The notes: a model not told the origin generated them from the sequence alone. Positions 18,569 to 30,961 are shown, counted from the stretch's first letter. The stretch is 64,000 bases of DNA from Campylobacterota bacterium (GCA_051746405.1 JBNJFB010000005.1:1993-65992), one strand, 5' to 3'. Numbers and translations are program-made.

Positions 18569-21433
18569 ATGAGTAGATTTGATAAAGTATTCTATTTCGT
18601 TTTTATAGTTTTTACTATTTATGTATCAGTTGGTTTTAAACTAATACCTTATATTGCACAAGAGCAGTTAGTAAAAAACTTAAACAATAATTTAACCTTA
18701 AAAACCCATATTGAAAAAGTTGATTTTAATCCCTTTACTTTTAGTATAAAAATAGATGATTTCAAACTTGGTGATTATAAAAATCCTACTATATCTTTTC
18801 AAGAGCTTATATTAGATGTTGGAGGTTTTAAATCACTTCTTGATATGCACGTAAATATTGAAAATATCACCCTAAAGCAAGCTTTTGTAGATGTGATACA
18901 ATACGAAGATGACAGTATAAACCTAACAAAGCTTTTAAAACAAAAAGAGAATAAACCAAAACAAAATAATAAAAACAGTAGTAGTGATATTAAGTTTTTA
19001 ATCTCAAAAATATCATTACTAAACTCAAATATAAACTTTACAAAACAAAAAGAGAATAAACCTTTTTTATTTACCTTAGATAATATAAACTACACTATTC
19101 ATGATTTAGGTACATTTAAAAATCCATTAACCTCAAATAACTTATCAATAGACATAAACAAAAATGCAAAATTGATTCTAAAAGGTGCATTACGATTAGA
19201 ACCATTTTCTATGTATGGAAAAGTAAGCTTATCTAATTTAGAGCTTAAAAAGCTTTTAGACTACAAAAAGGAGATGCTAAACTTCACTTTAGATAAAAAT
19301 GCAAACTTTGATACAGTAGTTAATTTTGATATTAGTAAAAAAGATGAGTTTAAACTAAAACTTAATACCGATAAATTTCTATTATCAAATTTAAATATTA
19401 ACAGTAATAAAAATAGTGTTTTAAAACTAGAAAAATTTGATATTAGTAAAATCAACTTTGATTTAAATAAACAAGACATAAAAGTATCAAATATAGAGTT
19501 TACAAAACCAGAAGTAAACCTAATTCAAGATAAAGATGGACTAAATATCTCAAATCTTATTAATAAAACAGAAATCAAAGATGAAAAAAACAAGACAAAA
19601 CAAGAAAATACAAACACTGAAAACAATTGGGATATTATGTTAAGTAATATAAAGCTTAATAACTCTACTTTTAAATTTGAAGATAAGAAAAATAAAATAG
19701 CTATAGATGTAAATGATTTAATTGTAAATCTAAATAGTATAAAACTTATTGATAATAAAATAGATATAAATAAAATAGTTTCAGATACTAAATCAATTAA
19801 TATAAATCAAATAAAACAGAAACAAAAAATTAATATAAAAGATATTGGTTTAGATATAGAAGATATTTATCTAAACAACCAAAATATAGATATTGAAAAA
19901 CTGCAACTATCAAAACCATCATTTAAGCTTGAAAACCAAAAAACAAATAGCTTAATAAAAGCAGAAAATATAGATATTTTTGCAAATAAAATAACAAAAA
20001 ATGAAAAACTAATAAAAGTAGATCAAGTAAAGTTAAATGAACCTGCTTTAAGTATCTATAATAGTAAAGATAAAACTAAAATCAACACTTCAAATATTAA
20101 TATAATAGTTAATAATATAAAAAGATATGATAATGGACTTTTAAGTGTTGGGAATACAAATATAAAAAATCCAAAAATAGAAATATCTCTTCTTAGAAAA
20201 ACACAGAGTAAAACTGAACCTGAAACTAAAAAGAGTGTTGCAAAAAAAGAAGATAGCCCTAAATTTGATATTGGTACAGTAAGTATTAATAATGCTCAAT
20301 TACAGTTTGAAGATGAAAATCTACCAATACCTTTTAAAACTACAATATCAAAACTAAACGGTGAAATATCTAAGTTTGATACAACAAAAGCAAGCAAAAC
20401 AGATTTAAAAGTAAATGGTGTAGTAAATAAGTATGGTATAGCAAAAATCACAGGTATTGTAAATCCACAAGATATAAAAATCTTAACAGATATAAATATG
20501 ATATTTAAAAATATTTCTATGAAAAGCTTTACTCCTTATACTTCAAGATATATAGGAAGACAAATAGATGGAGGGAAACTTGATTTAAATCTAAAATATA
20601 ATATTGAAAAATCAAACCTAGATGCAAAAAACTCAATTGTTATTACAAAGATTGAACTAGGTGATGAAGTAAAAAGTGATGATGCAGTTTCATTACCTCT
20701 TGGACTAGCTATTGCACTACTTGAAAATAGAAATGGTGTTATAGACTTAGATATTCCTGTATCAGGAAATATTGATGACCCAAAATTTGAGATTGGCTCA
20801 ATTGTTTGGAAAGCCTTTTCAAACTTGATAATGAAAGCTGTAACAGCACCATTTTCACTTCTTGGAGCTATGTTTGGATTTGATGAAAATGAGATAAAAT
20901 CTGTAAGCTTTGATTATGGACAAAAAGTGATTTCTCCACTACAAAAAGAGACATTAGATAAAATCACTAAAATACTTAAAAAAAGACCAAACTTAGCACT
21001 GAAACTATCTCCTACCTATGATAAGAATAAAGATTTGGAAGCACTACAAATACAAAGCTTTAAGGAGTTTATAGAAAACAAAATTCCAAATAAGCAAATA
21101 GAGAACTATGAGACTAAATACCAAACTATTTTAGAAAAACAGTACCTAAAGTATAACAAAAACTTAGATATAAAAAATCAGTTTGTAGATAATAAAAAGC
21201 TTAACTATCAAGCCTATACAAAAAGATTAAAAGAGATACTATTAGAAAAACAGAATATTACTAAGAAGGATTTAGAAAAAATAGGTAAAAGTAGAGTCAA
21301 AAGTATTAAAGACTATTTAATACAAAATAATAAAGTAGGACAAAAGCAGGTAATTATTCAAGATAAAATTGATATATTAAATAATAGTACTGATAATTTA
21401 AATATATCAATAGAGCTTTCAAATATAAATTAA
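18569..21433 (+). CDS. DUF748-family membrane-anchored protein with OmpA-like C-terminal region
   Basis: N-terminal TM, PLGLAIALLENRNGVIDLDIPVSGNIDDP, FDYGQ...KRPNL. Confidence 0.8.
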   Translation: MSRFDKVFYFVFIVFTIYVSVGFKLIPYIAQEQLVKNLNNNLTLKTHIEKVDFNPFTFSIKIDDFKLGDYKNPTISFQELILDVGGFKSLLDMHVNIENITLKQAFVDVIQYEDDSINLTKLLKQKENKPKQNNKNSSSDIKFLISKISLLNSNINFTKQKENKPFLFTLDNINYTIHDLGTFKNPLTSNNLSIDINKNAKLILKGALRLEPFSMYGKVSLSNLELKKLLDYKKEMLNFTLDKNANFDTVVNFDISKKDEFKLKLNTDKFLLSNLNINSNKNSVLKLEKFDISKINFDLNKQDIKVSNIEFTKPEVNLIQDKDGLNISNLINKTEIKDEKNKTKQENTNTENNWDIMLSNIKLNNSTFKFEDKKNKIAIDVNDLIVNLNSIKLIDNKIDINKIVSDTKSININQIKQKQKINIKDIGLDIEDIYLNNQNIDIEKLQLSKPSFKLENQKTNSLIKAENIDIFANKITKNEKLIKVDQVKLNEPALSIYNSKDKTKINTSNINIIVNNIKRYDNGLLSVGNTNIKNPKIEISLLRKTQSKTEPETKKSVAKKEDSPKFDIGTVSINNAQLQFEDENLPIPFKTTISKLNGEISKFDTTKASKTDLKVNGVVNKYGIAKITGIVNPQDIKILTDINMIFKNISMKSFTPYTSRYIGRQIDGGKLDLNLKYNIEKSNLDAKNSIVITKIELGDEVKSDDAVSLPLGLAIALLENRNGVIDLDIPVSGNIDDPKFEIGSIVWKAFSNLIMKAVTAPFSLLGAMFGFDENEIKSVSFDYGQKVISPLQKETLDKITKILKKRPNLALKLSPTYDKNKDLEALQIQSFKEFIENKIPNKQIENYETKYQTILEKQYLKYNKNLDIKNQFVDNKKLNYQAYTKRLKEILLEKQNITKKDLEKIGKSRVKSIKDYLIQNNKVGQKQVIIQDKIDILNNSTDNLNISIELSNIN

Positions 21434-21514
21434 TATAAGTATTACTTATATATTATAAAGAGTTTCTTAATAATAATTAGTTATAATAGTACAAAACTAA
21501 TATAAGGAACTCTT

Positions 21515-22069
21515 ATGAAATACGCACTATACGGAATATTGATTTTTATCATAGGTTTTATTGTATATGGTGTTTTCACACAAATAAAAAAAACCACATC
21601 TTTTGATTCAAAAAGAGTTAGTTGTCAAGAGAAAACAACAACTTTTGAGAATATAAATACACAGCAACCAATAAAAAAAGCTATTAAGATTTTTGAATCA
21701 AACAACTTTGAAATTGATGGTTATATTGACTATTCAAAATTTATGAGTAGTAATATTGAAGGTAAAATTACATCTCAAGATATAAAACAAAGAATAATAA
21801 AAATAGCAAAAGAGTTTACCATAGAAAATAGTAAACTAAATACTCAAAACCAACTTGATATTGATTTTTACATATATGAAAATGATAAGGAAGATAGCAG
21901 AAAAAAAGGTGATAACTGTAAACTCTATGCAGGGTATATAGTACTTGATTTTTTATTAAATAAAAAGTCAGTTTATAAAATCCAAATAGACTATATGGAA
22001 AATGATACAAGCGATTTAGATGAGAGAATTAACTGTGCATTTAAATCATTTATATCACTTAAAAATTAG
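21515..22069 (+). CDS. Hypothetical membrane-anchored protein
   Basis: 184-aa ORF with RBS and N-terminal TM helix; no motif recognised. Confidence 0.6.
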   Translation: MKYALYGILIFIIGFIVYGVFTQIKKTTSFDSKRVSCQEKTTTFENINTQQPIKKAIKIFESNNFEIDGYIDYSKFMSSNIEGKITSQDIKQRIIKIAKEFTIENSKLNTQNQLDIDFYIYENDKEDSRKKGDNCKLYAGYIVLDFLLNKKSVYKIQIDYMENDTSDLDERINCAFKSFISLKN

Positions 22070-22070
22070 T

Positions 22071-24275
22071 TTAAAACTTTATTACCTTTGCACCAAATCC
22101 ACCTGAAGAGGGATGAGCATCCTTATAGCTACTAACGCTTGGATGTTTATCCAAAAACTGCTTTACTGCATAAGATAGCTTTCCTGTTCCAATTCCATGG
22201 TAAACCAAAACTTCATCAAAACCAGCTAAAAGTGAATCAGATATAAACTTATCTAAGTTATCTATTGCTTCATCTGCTCTTTGTCCATGTAAGTCCAACT
22301 TCACGTGACCTGATTTAGGTTTTTCAATATTAACTACGGCTTTTTTAGGTATTGGCTTAGGCTTTATTTCATTACCACTTTTTCTAAGGTCTGATAGATT
22401 AACTTGAATCTTCATTCCCATATCATTTTCAATAAATGCTTTCTTACCTCTTATTGAAAGAATAGTTCCTTTTGTACTTCTATACTTTACCCTATCTGCT
22501 ACTTTTAAATCTTCAGGTTCTACTACTTTCTTAGTTTTAATTTCACTAGCTTTTTGATGGGAAATATTTAAGTGCCTATGCCCCTCTTTTGAAATTTTTG
22601 CTTTTATTGCTTTTTTAGCTTCATTTCTTGCATCTGTGTACTCCTTATGAAGCTTTGATTTTTCAGAGTAAACTCTTTCATCTAAACTCTCTTTTTCCTC
22701 TTTTAAAATTCTATTTAATTTTTCATGATTCTTTATTTGCTCATCTAAATTTTGTATTTTTAGCTTATACTCCCTTTCAAGTTCACTACTTCTTTCTATA
22801 AGCTCATTTAGTTTATCTTTATCTTCACCATAAACATCTTTTGCTTTTTTAATAACATTTTGAGGAATACCATATCTTAAAGCTGTTTCAAACGCGTAAG
22901 ATTTTCCGATAGTTCCTTGTAAAAACTCATAAGTAGGTTTTTGATTTGCTTCATCATAAAGTGCTGCTATTAGCTCAACTTGCTCATTTGAAGCCATTAG
23001 TGCTGCTAATCTTTTATGGTGAGTTGTTATAATTATTTTTATATCTTTTTTTATTAAATCTTCAATAATAACTTTAAATAAGCTAGCAGCTTCGTCTGAA
23101 TCTGTACCTAACTCTATTTCATCAACTCCTACAATAGAGTTTCTTGCAGTAAATAGTTTTGAGAACTCAACCATTCTACCTGCAAATGTTGAAATATCAT
23201 TTTTAACACTTTGAGGGTCATCAAGCACTGCTTTTATAGACTTATAACTTCCTATAATACTATCTTTTGAAGCCCTATATGGAAGTAAGTATTTTGATAA
23301 AAATACAGCAGATAGTATTGATTTTAGCATCATAGTTTTACCACCTGCATTTACCCCTGTAATCATAATAACAGATTTTGAGAAATCAACTGATATTGGT
23401 TTTGCACCATGTAGTGCTGGATGATAGAAATCTATAAGCCTATTTTGCTTTTTTTTAGATGGCAAAATAAAGTTTCTATCATTTGCTTTTGCAAAGTTTA
23501 GTCTTGCTTGATAGTGATCAAATCTATCAAACTCTTTATTTAAAAACTTCAAAAACAGTAGTTTCTTTTCAAATAGTGAACTAATCTGCCTACATATTCT
23601 TAAAAGAATCTCTTCTTGCTTATTTTTTAAGTCATTTTGTCTCTGTTTTAGTTCACTAACACTATGGGGAATCACATAAAAAAAGCCTGAGTTTGACCTA
23701 TTAATAACTTGACCTTTTAAGACGTGATTAAACCCACCCCTTACAAGTAAACACTCTTCACCATTTACAAAATGAACTTGTGAATCTACTAAGTATGTTC
23801 TTATTTTATTTGTATTTATAATTTTATAAAGGCTTTGTTTAATTTGATCTTTATTTTTTAAGATAGCTTTTTTAACACTATCATAGTCACTATCAACACC
23901 ATCTTTTAAATTTGATTTCTCATCAAAATATTCACAAATATCTTTAATTTCGCTTGGTATTATTATCTTATCAAGCCATTGTGCCATCTTATCTTCAAAG
24001 TCAAATCTTTTTAAATATAAAAAATAGTTAATTATTTTTATAAATTCATAAATCTCATAAGATTTTAATATACCCTGCTTTTGTATATGAATAAGTTGTT
24101 TATCTAAGTTCTCTACTTTTTTAGGAGCAGTTAGTTCATATTTTTCTAACTCTTCAATAAGTTTAAAGTGAATATTTATATCCCCTTCTAATATTATTGA
24201 TTTTTCCCTTGCTAAATACTCTTTAAAAGAGTCTATATAATCATTTAAATCTAGTTTTTTTAATATTTTTTGCAT
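22071..24275 (-). CDS. mutS2: MutS2 endonuclease
   Basis: GVNAGGKT, DEIELGTD, TTHH, C-terminal Smr LDLHG. Confidence 0.93.
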   Translation of the reverse strand: MQKILKKLDLNDYIDSFKEYLAREKSIILEGDINIHFKLIEELEKYELTAPKKVENLDKQLIHIQKQGILKSYEIYEFIKIINYFLYLKRFDFEDKMAQWLDKIIIPSEIKDICEYFDEKSNLKDGVDSDYDSVKKAILKNKDQIKQSLYKIINTNKIRTYLVDSQVHFVNGEECLLVRGGFNHVLKGQVINRSNSGFFYVIPHSVSELKQRQNDLKNKQEEILLRICRQISSLFEKKLLFLKFLNKEFDRFDHYQARLNFAKANDRNFILPSKKKQNRLIDFYHPALHGAKPISVDFSKSVIMITGVNAGGKTMMLKSILSAVFLSKYLLPYRASKDSIIGSYKSIKAVLDDPQSVKNDISTFAGRMVEFSKLFTARNSIVGVDEIELGTDSDEAASLFKVIIEDLIKKDIKIIITTHHKRLAALMASNEQVELIAALYDEANQKPTYEFLQGTIGKSYAFETALRYGIPQNVIKKAKDVYGEDKDKLNELIERSSELEREYKLKIQNLDEQIKNHEKLNRILKEEKESLDERVYSEKSKLHKEYTDARNEAKKAIKAKISKEGHRHLNISHQKASEIKTKKVVEPEDLKVADRVKYRSTKGTILSIRGKKAFIENDMGMKIQVNLSDLRKSGNEIKPKPIPKKAVVNIEKPKSGHVKLDLHGQRADEAIDNLDKFISDSLLAGFDEVLVYHGIGTGKLSYAVKQFLDKHPSVSSYKDAHPSSGGFGAKVIKF

Positions 24276-24321
24276 TTTGAAATTATAGCCAAAAGGCTAT
24301 AATATCTTCTTTATGTAAGAT

Positions 24322-24861
24322 CTATTTTTTCTTTGGTCTAAATGGTTTAATAATATCTTCATTACAAACCATATATGGACCTTCCATTAAATCTATACAA
24401 TAAGGAATTGCTGGGAATACTGCATCTAAACACTCTCTTATTGATTTTGGTTTTCCAGGAAGATTTACTATAAGTGAATTTTTTCTAAGCCCTGCTGTTT
24501 GTCTTGATAAAATAGCTGTTGGTACAAACTTTAAAGACTCAGCTCTCATAAGTTCACCAAACCCAGGCATCATTCTATCACATACAGCTTCAGTTGCTTC
24601 AGGTGTCACATCCCTAGCAGCAGGTCCTGTTCCACCTGTTGTTACTACTAAACAACAGTTTTGTTCATCAACTAACTCTTTTAATGTATCTTCGATAGTT
24701 TTTTGGTCATCTTCAATACATCTATAAACACTCTGCCACGGTGAAGTTAGATACTCACTCATTGTTTTTTCAATTGCTTTCCCACTTATATCTTCGTACT
24801 CACCTTTACTAGCTCTATCACTAGCTGTAATAATTCCAATTTTTGCTATTTGCTCACTCAT
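24322..24861 (-). CDS. mog: Molybdopterin adenylyltransferase
   Basis: SDRAS, TTGGTGPAARDVTPEA, NLPGKPK. Confidence 0.95.
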   Translation of the reverse strand: MSEQIAKIGIITASDRASKGEYEDISGKAIEKTMSEYLTSPWQSVYRCIEDDQKTIEDTLKELVDEQNCCLVVTTGGTGPAARDVTPEATEAVCDRMMPGFGELMRAESLKFVPTAILSRQTAGLRKNSLIVNLPGKPKSIRECLDAVFPAIPYCIDLMEGPYMVCNEDIIKPFRPKKK

Positions 24862-24883
24862 ATAACTCCTTTTTGTTTAAATA

Positions 24884-25399
24884 TTATAAAATATGCCCTC
24901 TATTTTTTATAAAATATACTGTTGCAAAACTCTTAAAGAAACTACAAGCCTCTTTTGCATCAATTATTTTATCATCACTTCCTAAATAAACTTCTATTTT
25001 TACACCTTTTTTCACAAGCTCTCTAAGGCTATCTTCACTCCATTGATAGTGTAGTAACTCATCTAGTTGTTTATAACTACCTTGTATAAAAAAACTAGAA
25101 ATATCTTTATTATCTGGATAAGTTACATTTTTTAAAAAGTTTTTACCATAAGCTTTTTTATCTTTTTTAAAAAACATCAGTTGCATTCTTCTAAACTTTT
25201 CATTTTGAGTTTGAAAAAAAGCAGGAGAGAAAAGCTGTAACCTATCAACTCTTTTATTTGTATTATAAACCTCTTCAAAAGCTTTTATAGCACCATAAGA
25301 AAATCCTGATACGGTAAACTCATTTTGTATTAGGTACTCTTTAAAAAGCTCTTTTTCATTAGCTAAACAAAAACCTGAAAAATATTTTTTAGATATCAT
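24884..25399 (-). CDS. bioV: Pimeloyl-ACP methyl ester esterase, BioV-like
   Basis: GFSYGA nucleophile motif, D-K-II-D and GH(IL); position beside ftsH2-mtaB as in Helicobacter. Confidence 0.75.
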   Translation of the reverse strand: MISKKYFSGFCLANEKELFKEYLIQNEFTVSGFSYGAIKAFEEVYNTNKRVDRLQLFSPAFFQTQNEKFRRMQLMFFKKDKKAYGKNFLKNVTYPDNKDISSFFIQGSYKQLDELLHYQWSEDSLRELVKKGVKIEVYLGSDDKIIDAKEACSFFKSFATVYFIKNRGHIL

Positions 25400-26876
25400 C
25401 TTCTAAGATAACCTCATTTTTGAGCATAATATTTTTTAGTCTCTCAATTTCAACCGCATTATGAGATAATTCCGCTCTTAAATCATTTTTAATATTTGTA
25501 ATTAAATCTTCTACTGAATTTACCATCTTATATTTATTAACTATCTCATCTGCTAAATCATAAGCATTTTGTAAATCTTTTTGGTTTATTGCATATTTCT
25601 CTTTTTTGATAACTTCAACACCAATAACTCCTGCTAAATCTCTTTTTATGTTTTCACATAATTCATTATACGAAGGATAAGTTGAATCAAGTTTTTTAAC
25701 AGTTTCATCAAATAGTGCAACTTTTGATTTTGCTATAAACGCTTTTGAAGCTTGATATATACATAAAATATCTTTTTGTTTCTCATCAAGTATTTTTATC
25801 TGTTTTTTTCCAAACTCTAATTTATTTTTAGCTATTTCAATATCATCACTTGTTAATATTTTTGAATTACTCTTTATCATATTTAGTAAAGCTTCATTTA
25901 TAAGAGTTGATAAGGTTGCTGAACTAAACCCTGAAGTATCTTGTGCTAAACTATCTATATTTATTTCATGATTTTTATGTTTTAAGTAAAGCTCTAAAAT
26001 ATTTTTTCTATCATTTATATTTGGTAATGATACATGAACTCTTCTATCAAACCTTCCAGCTCTTAAAAGTGCATCATCTAAAACCCCTATTTTATTTGTT
26101 GCAGCTATTACTATTACTCCACTATCACCATCAAAACCATCCATTTGTGTTAAAAGTTCATTTAGTGTAGCTTCTCTTTCATCATTTGACTTTCCACTTC
26201 TTTTCTTACCAACTGCATCAATCTCATCAATAAAAACAATAGCAGGAGCGGTAGCTTTTGCCTTTGCAAAAAGTTCACGTACTTTCTTTGCACCCATTCC
26301 CACATATATTTGAACAAAACTAGAACCACTTTGGTAAAAAAATGGTACATCCGCTTCACCTGCAACTGCTCTTGCAATAAGAGTTTTACCAACACCAGGA
26401 GGTCCAACTAAAAGAACACCTTTTGGAAGTTTTACTCCATGTTTTATAAATTTTTTGGGTTTATTTAAAAACTCCACAACCTCTTCTAACTCTTCTTTTA
26501 TCTCACTAATTCCAGCCACATCATTAAAAGTAATATTTGAAGTTACAGCTTGAATATTACTACTAAAATCATTTGAAGCTTTTGCTCTTGATTTTATTAG
26601 CTCTTCATCAAAGGCCTTGCTAGCTTTTTTACCACCTTTTTTTTTATCAAGGTAGGCTTTTATTTTTGTTTCATTTACTTTTAAAACAAATGCAAAAACT
26701 AAAAGCAAAAATAGGAATCCTATTCCTAAATAGTAAGAGGTATTTTGTATATGAGCATTGCTTTTATATAATGTATAAACAAACAGTACAAGAAGTACTG
26801 TAGCAGACATTATCATAAGTTTCAAGTTTTTATCTACACTGTTTTTATTATCGTTATTATGTGAATTTTGCAACAT
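25389..26876 (-). CDS. FtsH-like AAA+ membrane ATPase lacking HEXXH
   Basis: GPPGVGKT, FIDEIDA, RAGRFDR; YQASKA where HEAGH is expected; start trimmed to MLQNS. Confidence 0.85.
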   Translation of the reverse strand: MLQNSHNNDNKNSVDKNLKLMIMSATVLLVLFVYTLYKSNAHIQNTSYYLGIGFLFLLLVFAFVLKVNETKIKAYLDKKKGGKKASKAFDEELIKSRAKASNDFSSNIQAVTSNITFNDVAGISEIKEELEEVVEFLNKPKKFIKHGVKLPKGVLLVGPPGVGKTLIARAVAGEADVPFFYQSGSSFVQIYVGMGAKKVRELFAKAKATAPAIVFIDEIDAVGKKRSGKSNDEREATLNELLTQMDGFDGDSGVIVIAATNKIGVLDDALLRAGRFDRRVHVSLPNINDRKNILELYLKHKNHEINIDSLAQDTSGFSSATLSTLINEALLNMIKSNSKILTSDDIEIAKNKLEFGKKQIKILDEKQKDILCIYQASKAFIAKSKVALFDETVKKLDSTYPSYNELCENIKRDLAGVIGVEVIKKEKYAINQKDLQNAYDLADEIVNKYKMVNSVEDLITNIKNDLRAELSHNAVEIERLKNIMLKNEVILEDDI

Positions 26877-28125
26877 TTTTATTAGCCTTTGCTTCATACT
26901 TATCAATAAAAATCCAATCACCTTTTATATCCACAGGGGATTCAACCTCTATTTGATTAAAAAATTGGTCAAGTCCAACATACTTTCCATTTTTTTGTTG
27001 TTCTATTAACACTTCTAATGTACTACTATTATTTCTTCTAAAATCTAAATTTTTGTTATTTATAATATCCATCAATTCGTTATAACGTAATTTAGCTATA
27101 TCACCTCTGATTTGTGGTTTCATCTGTGCACTTGGTGTACCATCTCTTTTTGAATAAGTAAAAGCATGTACATGAGTTAGTGGAAATCTATGAAGATTTT
27201 CCATAGCCTCTTTCCATAACTTCTCAGTCTCACCTGGATGCCCTACAATAAAATCAGTACCTAAAGCATATCCGTTATCTCTTAAAAATTCAAATAACTC
27301 TAAATCAGACAATACCTTATTTCTTCTATTCATAATTTTTAGCATCTCTTTAGATGTATGTTGAAGTGCTATATGAAGATGTTTTGACATAAAAGGCTCA
27401 TTTATTATCTCTTTAAATTCATCATCAATTTGAATAGGCTCTATACTTCCCATTCTAATACGTCTAACTCCTTTAATAGCAGACATTTTCTTAATAAGTT
27501 TAGCTAGGCTTGTATGCTGTTTTTTACCATAACTTCCCACATTTGTACCTGTTAAAATAAACTCACCAAAACCATTTGCAGCAAGTGTTGAGATTTGTTC
27601 TAAAATTTTATCTTCTTGGTAACTTCTAGCATCACCTCTTACATAAGGTATAATACAGTAACTACATCTAAAATCACACCCCTCTTGAATTTTAATAAAT
27701 GCCCTACTTTTACCCACAAACTCTTCAACAATAGTATTATCAATATGCTCTAAATCACCAGCTTGAAAAAATCTCTCTTCTTTTTTTAAAAGCTCGTTAA
27801 TACCCTCTTTTTCACTATGCCCAAAAAGTGAGTCAATTTTATTACTTTCATATAAAGACTCACCTTTTGTCCAAACTCCACATCCAGTAAAAACAACTCT
27901 TGGTTTATTAGGAAGTTTATTTAATCCATTTATATAACCCCTGGCAGTTGAATCAGCACCATTTGTAACAGTACATGAGTTTATTACTACTACATTTGCT
28001 TCTTTTTCATCTTTTGTAATATCAAAATCTTTTAGATTACTCATCATAACTTGTGTATCAAATACATTTGTTCTACAACCAAAAGTTTTAAAAAATACTT
28101 TTGGTTTATTACTTGAAAAATTCAT
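26857..28125 (-). CDS. mtaB: tRNA t6A methylthiotransferase
   Basis: TFGCRTN, NSCTVT, radical-SAM CDFRCSYC. Confidence 0.9.
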   Translation of the reverse strand: MNFSSNKPKVFFKTFGCRTNVFDTQVMMSNLKDFDITKDEKEANVVVINSCTVTNGADSTARGYINGLNKLPNKPRVVFTGCGVWTKGESLYESNKIDSLFGHSEKEGINELLKKEERFFQAGDLEHIDNTIVEEFVGKSRAFIKIQEGCDFRCSYCIIPYVRGDARSYQEDKILEQISTLAANGFGEFILTGTNVGSYGKKQHTSLAKLIKKMSAIKGVRRIRMGSIEPIQIDDEFKEIINEPFMSKHLHIALQHTSKEMLKIMNRRNKVLSDLELFEFLRDNGYALGTDFIVGHPGETEKLWKEAMENLHRFPLTHVHAFTYSKRDGTPSAQMKPQIRGDIAKLRYNELMDIINNKNLDFRRNNSSTLEVLIEQQKNGKYVGLDQFFNQIEVESPVDIKGDWIFIDKYEAKANKNVAKFT

Positions 28126-28148
28126 TTTATAAACTTACCTTTAATATC

Positions 28149-29927
28149 TTATCTACTAATAATCTCATCTTCTAATTCTCTTTGTTTATTTTTTTGCTTT
28201 ACAGAAACACCATATGCATTATCTGTTTTATTAATATTAATTTGTTGTGTTGGAAATGCAATATGAATATCATCCTCTTTCATAAAAGCATTTACAATCT
28301 CAGGTGACATAGTACTTCTTAATTGTAAAGCAGCATAAGAGTTAGTTAAGTACCACCCTGAAATCACCATTCCATACTCCTCAACAAAAGTAAATACCCT
28401 TGGTTCTACACCTGTTGATCTTAACTGATATTTACTTCTCATCTTTGACAACTGTTTTCTTGTAATATCAGTATAACCTTTTGAGTAGTGTTTTAAAATA
28501 TCTTTCATAATTTTTTGGGCTTTTTTATGATTTGAATCATAAGTAATAGTCATATCAATACCATCCCATACTGTTCTAAGTCCTGAGTGAGTATAATTAG
28601 CTATCATTTCAGAAAATATATAGTTATTTGGTATAAAGAAAATTCTACCAGTTCTTCTATTTACTTTATATGATGTATATGTAATATCCTCTCTAATAGT
28701 TATTTTAAATAGTGAAATATCAAGTACATCACCCACAACCTCAAGATTATTTCGATTTACTTTTATTCTATCTCCCACTTGAATTGAACCTGATGTTACA
28801 ATAACCATCCAACCAAAAATAGACATAAACCAGTCTTTTAAAGCAATAGCAATACCAGCTGAAGCAAAACCTAAGATTGTAACCAAATAAGAAACATTAT
28901 CTATATATGAAAATAAAACCGTCATCACAATTAAAAATACAACTGTAAAGTTGATTATTTTATTTATCATATAAAAACTCTCATTTTGAGAAAAGTATTT
29001 TTTAAGGGTAAGTTTAATTAAAAAAGTTAAAAATGAAAGAGTTAAAATTATTGACAAAATAACTAATACTTTTTGTATTTGTTCTGAGATTTGACCCTCT
29101 AAATCTAAAATAATTTGTTCGATTTTTCTTGTGTAAACAACTTGTGTTGTGGAAACAATCTCCAAAACCATACTAAAATCTTTTTTTTGTTTATCTAAAA
29201 AAGTGATTTTATCTTTATATTCACTATTTTCAAGAAGATTAAATAAATCCAAATACAAAACCAACTCTTCATCTAACTTTTTAACCAAACTTGTTAATCT
29301 ATCTTCCAACTGCTTAAACTGCTTTTTATTCTCCTTAAGCTCTTGAATATGTGAAAGTGCATTTATAATACCAAATGGGTTTGATATCTCTTCAAAACTC
29401 TTTATTTCAGGAGGATTTATCAAAGCCCCAATTGGCGAGCCCTTATACTCTTTTATAAGTTCAAGCTCATTTTGTTTTACTTTTATTTTATTATGTAATC
29501 TGAAAAGCTTTTCTTCATCTAGTTGATTTTGATTATTTTTAAGTTGAGCTTTTAGTTTTGCTAACTGTGTAGATATTTTAGTATATGATGAATAATTAGA
29601 GTATCTTTTTAATAATATATTATCTTTTAATTCTGCCTCTATTTGTTGTATTCTATCTTTTAAACTATTTATTTTAGCTAGTTTTTGCATATCAATTTCA
29701 CTAGCTTTTATCTGTTGTAACTCTTTTTCTTTTTTTTGCTGTAACTCTTTTTGTGCTAAGTCATATCTCTCTTTTATAATTTGTTGTTCTATCTGGTCAA
29801 TTAATGCTTTATCTTCTAAATCAATTATCTTATCAATACCCTTTTCATTTAAAGAGGTATTACTTTCAGCCCACAAAATAGAAATAGTAGATATAATAAA
29901 AATTGAAAAAAGAAATCTATAAATCAA
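28149..29927 (-). CDS. MscS-family mechanosensitive channel with long periplasmic coiled coil
   Basis: [21 protein letters not shown]; TTG start overlapping aroB stop. Confidence 0.88.
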   Translation of the reverse strand: MIYRFLFSIFIISTISILWAESNTSLNEKGIDKIIDLEDKALIDQIEQQIIKERYDLAQKELQQKKEKELQQIKASEIDMQKLAKINSLKDRIQQIEAELKDNILLKRYSNYSSYTKISTQLAKLKAQLKNNQNQLDEEKLFRLHNKIKVKQNELELIKEYKGSPIGALINPPEIKSFEEISNPFGIINALSHIQELKENKKQFKQLEDRLTSLVKKLDEELVLYLDLFNLLENSEYKDKITFLDKQKKDFSMVLEIVSTTQVVYTRKIEQIILDLEGQISEQIQKVLVILSIILTLSFLTFLIKLTLKKYFSQNESFYMINKIINFTVVFLIVMTVLFSYIDNVSYLVTILGFASAGIAIALKDWFMSIFGWMVIVTSGSIQVGDRIKVNRNNLEVVGDVLDISLFKITIREDITYTSYKVNRRTGRIFFIPNNYIFSEMIANYTHSGLRTVWDGIDMTITYDSNHKKAQKIMKDILKHYSKGYTDITRKQLSKMRSKYQLRSTGVEPRVFTFVEEYGMVISGWYLTNSYAALQLRSTMSPEIVNAFMKEDDIHIAFPTQQININKTDNAYGVSVKQKNKQRELEDEIISR

Positions 29928-30961
29928 TTAAAACCCTTTAAAACTTCAATAACATCATCTTTTTTTATCTCATCTGTAATAACACAATCACCCAAACTTT
30001 TAGGTAAAATAAATTTTATTTTATTATCTAGTGACTTTTTATCCAAAAAGAAGTGTTCATAAAACTTCTTTATATCTTCTATTTTATATGATGTTGGAAT
30101 ATCATACTTTTCTAAAAGAGTTTTTACTCTTAAAGCTTCATCTTCACTCATAAGTTCTTGCTTAACAGCAAGACTATTAGCCATAACAATACCTATACCA
30201 ACAGCTTCACCATGTAGATATTTTGAGTAATTTGTCTCATTTTCAATTACATGACCAAAAGTGTGCCCATAATTTAAAGCTGCTCTTATCCCATGCTCTT
30301 TTTCATCTTTTGAAACAACTTGAGCCTTTATTTGTACAGACTTAGAAATAGCATTTTTGATACTGTCTTCACTATTTAAATCATTATGCTCTAACCACTC
30401 AAAAAACTCCTTATCAAAAGTAACAGCCATTTTTATTATCTCTGCAACACCTGCAGAAAACTCTCTTTTAGGGAGAGTTTTTAACATACTAGGGTCTATA
30501 TATACAGCCTTTGGTTGATGAAATGCTCCTATTAAATTTTTTCCAAACTTATTATTTATACCAGTTTTACCACCAACACTTGCATCCACTTGTGAAAGTA
30601 AAGTAGTTGGTATTTGAATAAACTCAATACCCCTTTGGTAAATCGAAGCTGCAAAGCCTGTCATATCGCCAATAACACCACCACCAAAAGCTATTAAGAT
30701 AGATTTTCTATCCAATCTTTTTTCAAAACAATGCTCTAAAATCATCTCAATTGTTTGCATATTTTTATACTCTTCGCCATCTGGAATAGTAACTACACTA
30801 AACTGTTTTGCAGTTATATTCTCTTTTAGATACTCCAAATGAAAACCACTTACAGTAGGGTTAGTTACAACAACTACTTTAGTATCAAAATTAACTTGCC
30901 TTAACCTATCAATAGCAATATCATATGAGTTATTATTTCCAAGCATTATATTTACAACCAT
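29924..30961 (-). CDS. aroB: 3-dehydroquinate synthase
   Basis: [38 protein letters not shown]. Confidence 0.96.
   Translation of the reverse strand: MVVNIMLGNNNSYDIAIDRLRQVNFDTKVVVVTNPTVSGFHLEYLKENITAKQFSVVTIPDGEEYKNMQTIEMILEHCFEKRLDRKSILIAFGGGVIGDMTGFAASIYQRGIEFIQIPTTLLSQVDASVGGKTGINNKFGKNLIGAFHQPKAVYIDPSMLKTLPKREFSAGVAEIIKMAVTFDKEFFEWLEHNDLNSEDSIKNAISKSVQIKAQVVSKDEKEHGIRAALNYGHTFGHVIENETNYSKYLHGEAVGIGIVMANSLAVKQELMSEDEALRVKTLLEKYDIPTSYKIEDIKKFYEHFFLDKKSLDNKIKFILPKSLGDCVITDEIKKDDVIEVLKGFN

Noticed and set aside
25389-26876. FtsH homologue without the HEXXH protease motif
   Set aside because: This matches the second FtsH-like gene normally found in this conserved Campylobacterota neighbourhood, so it is not novel
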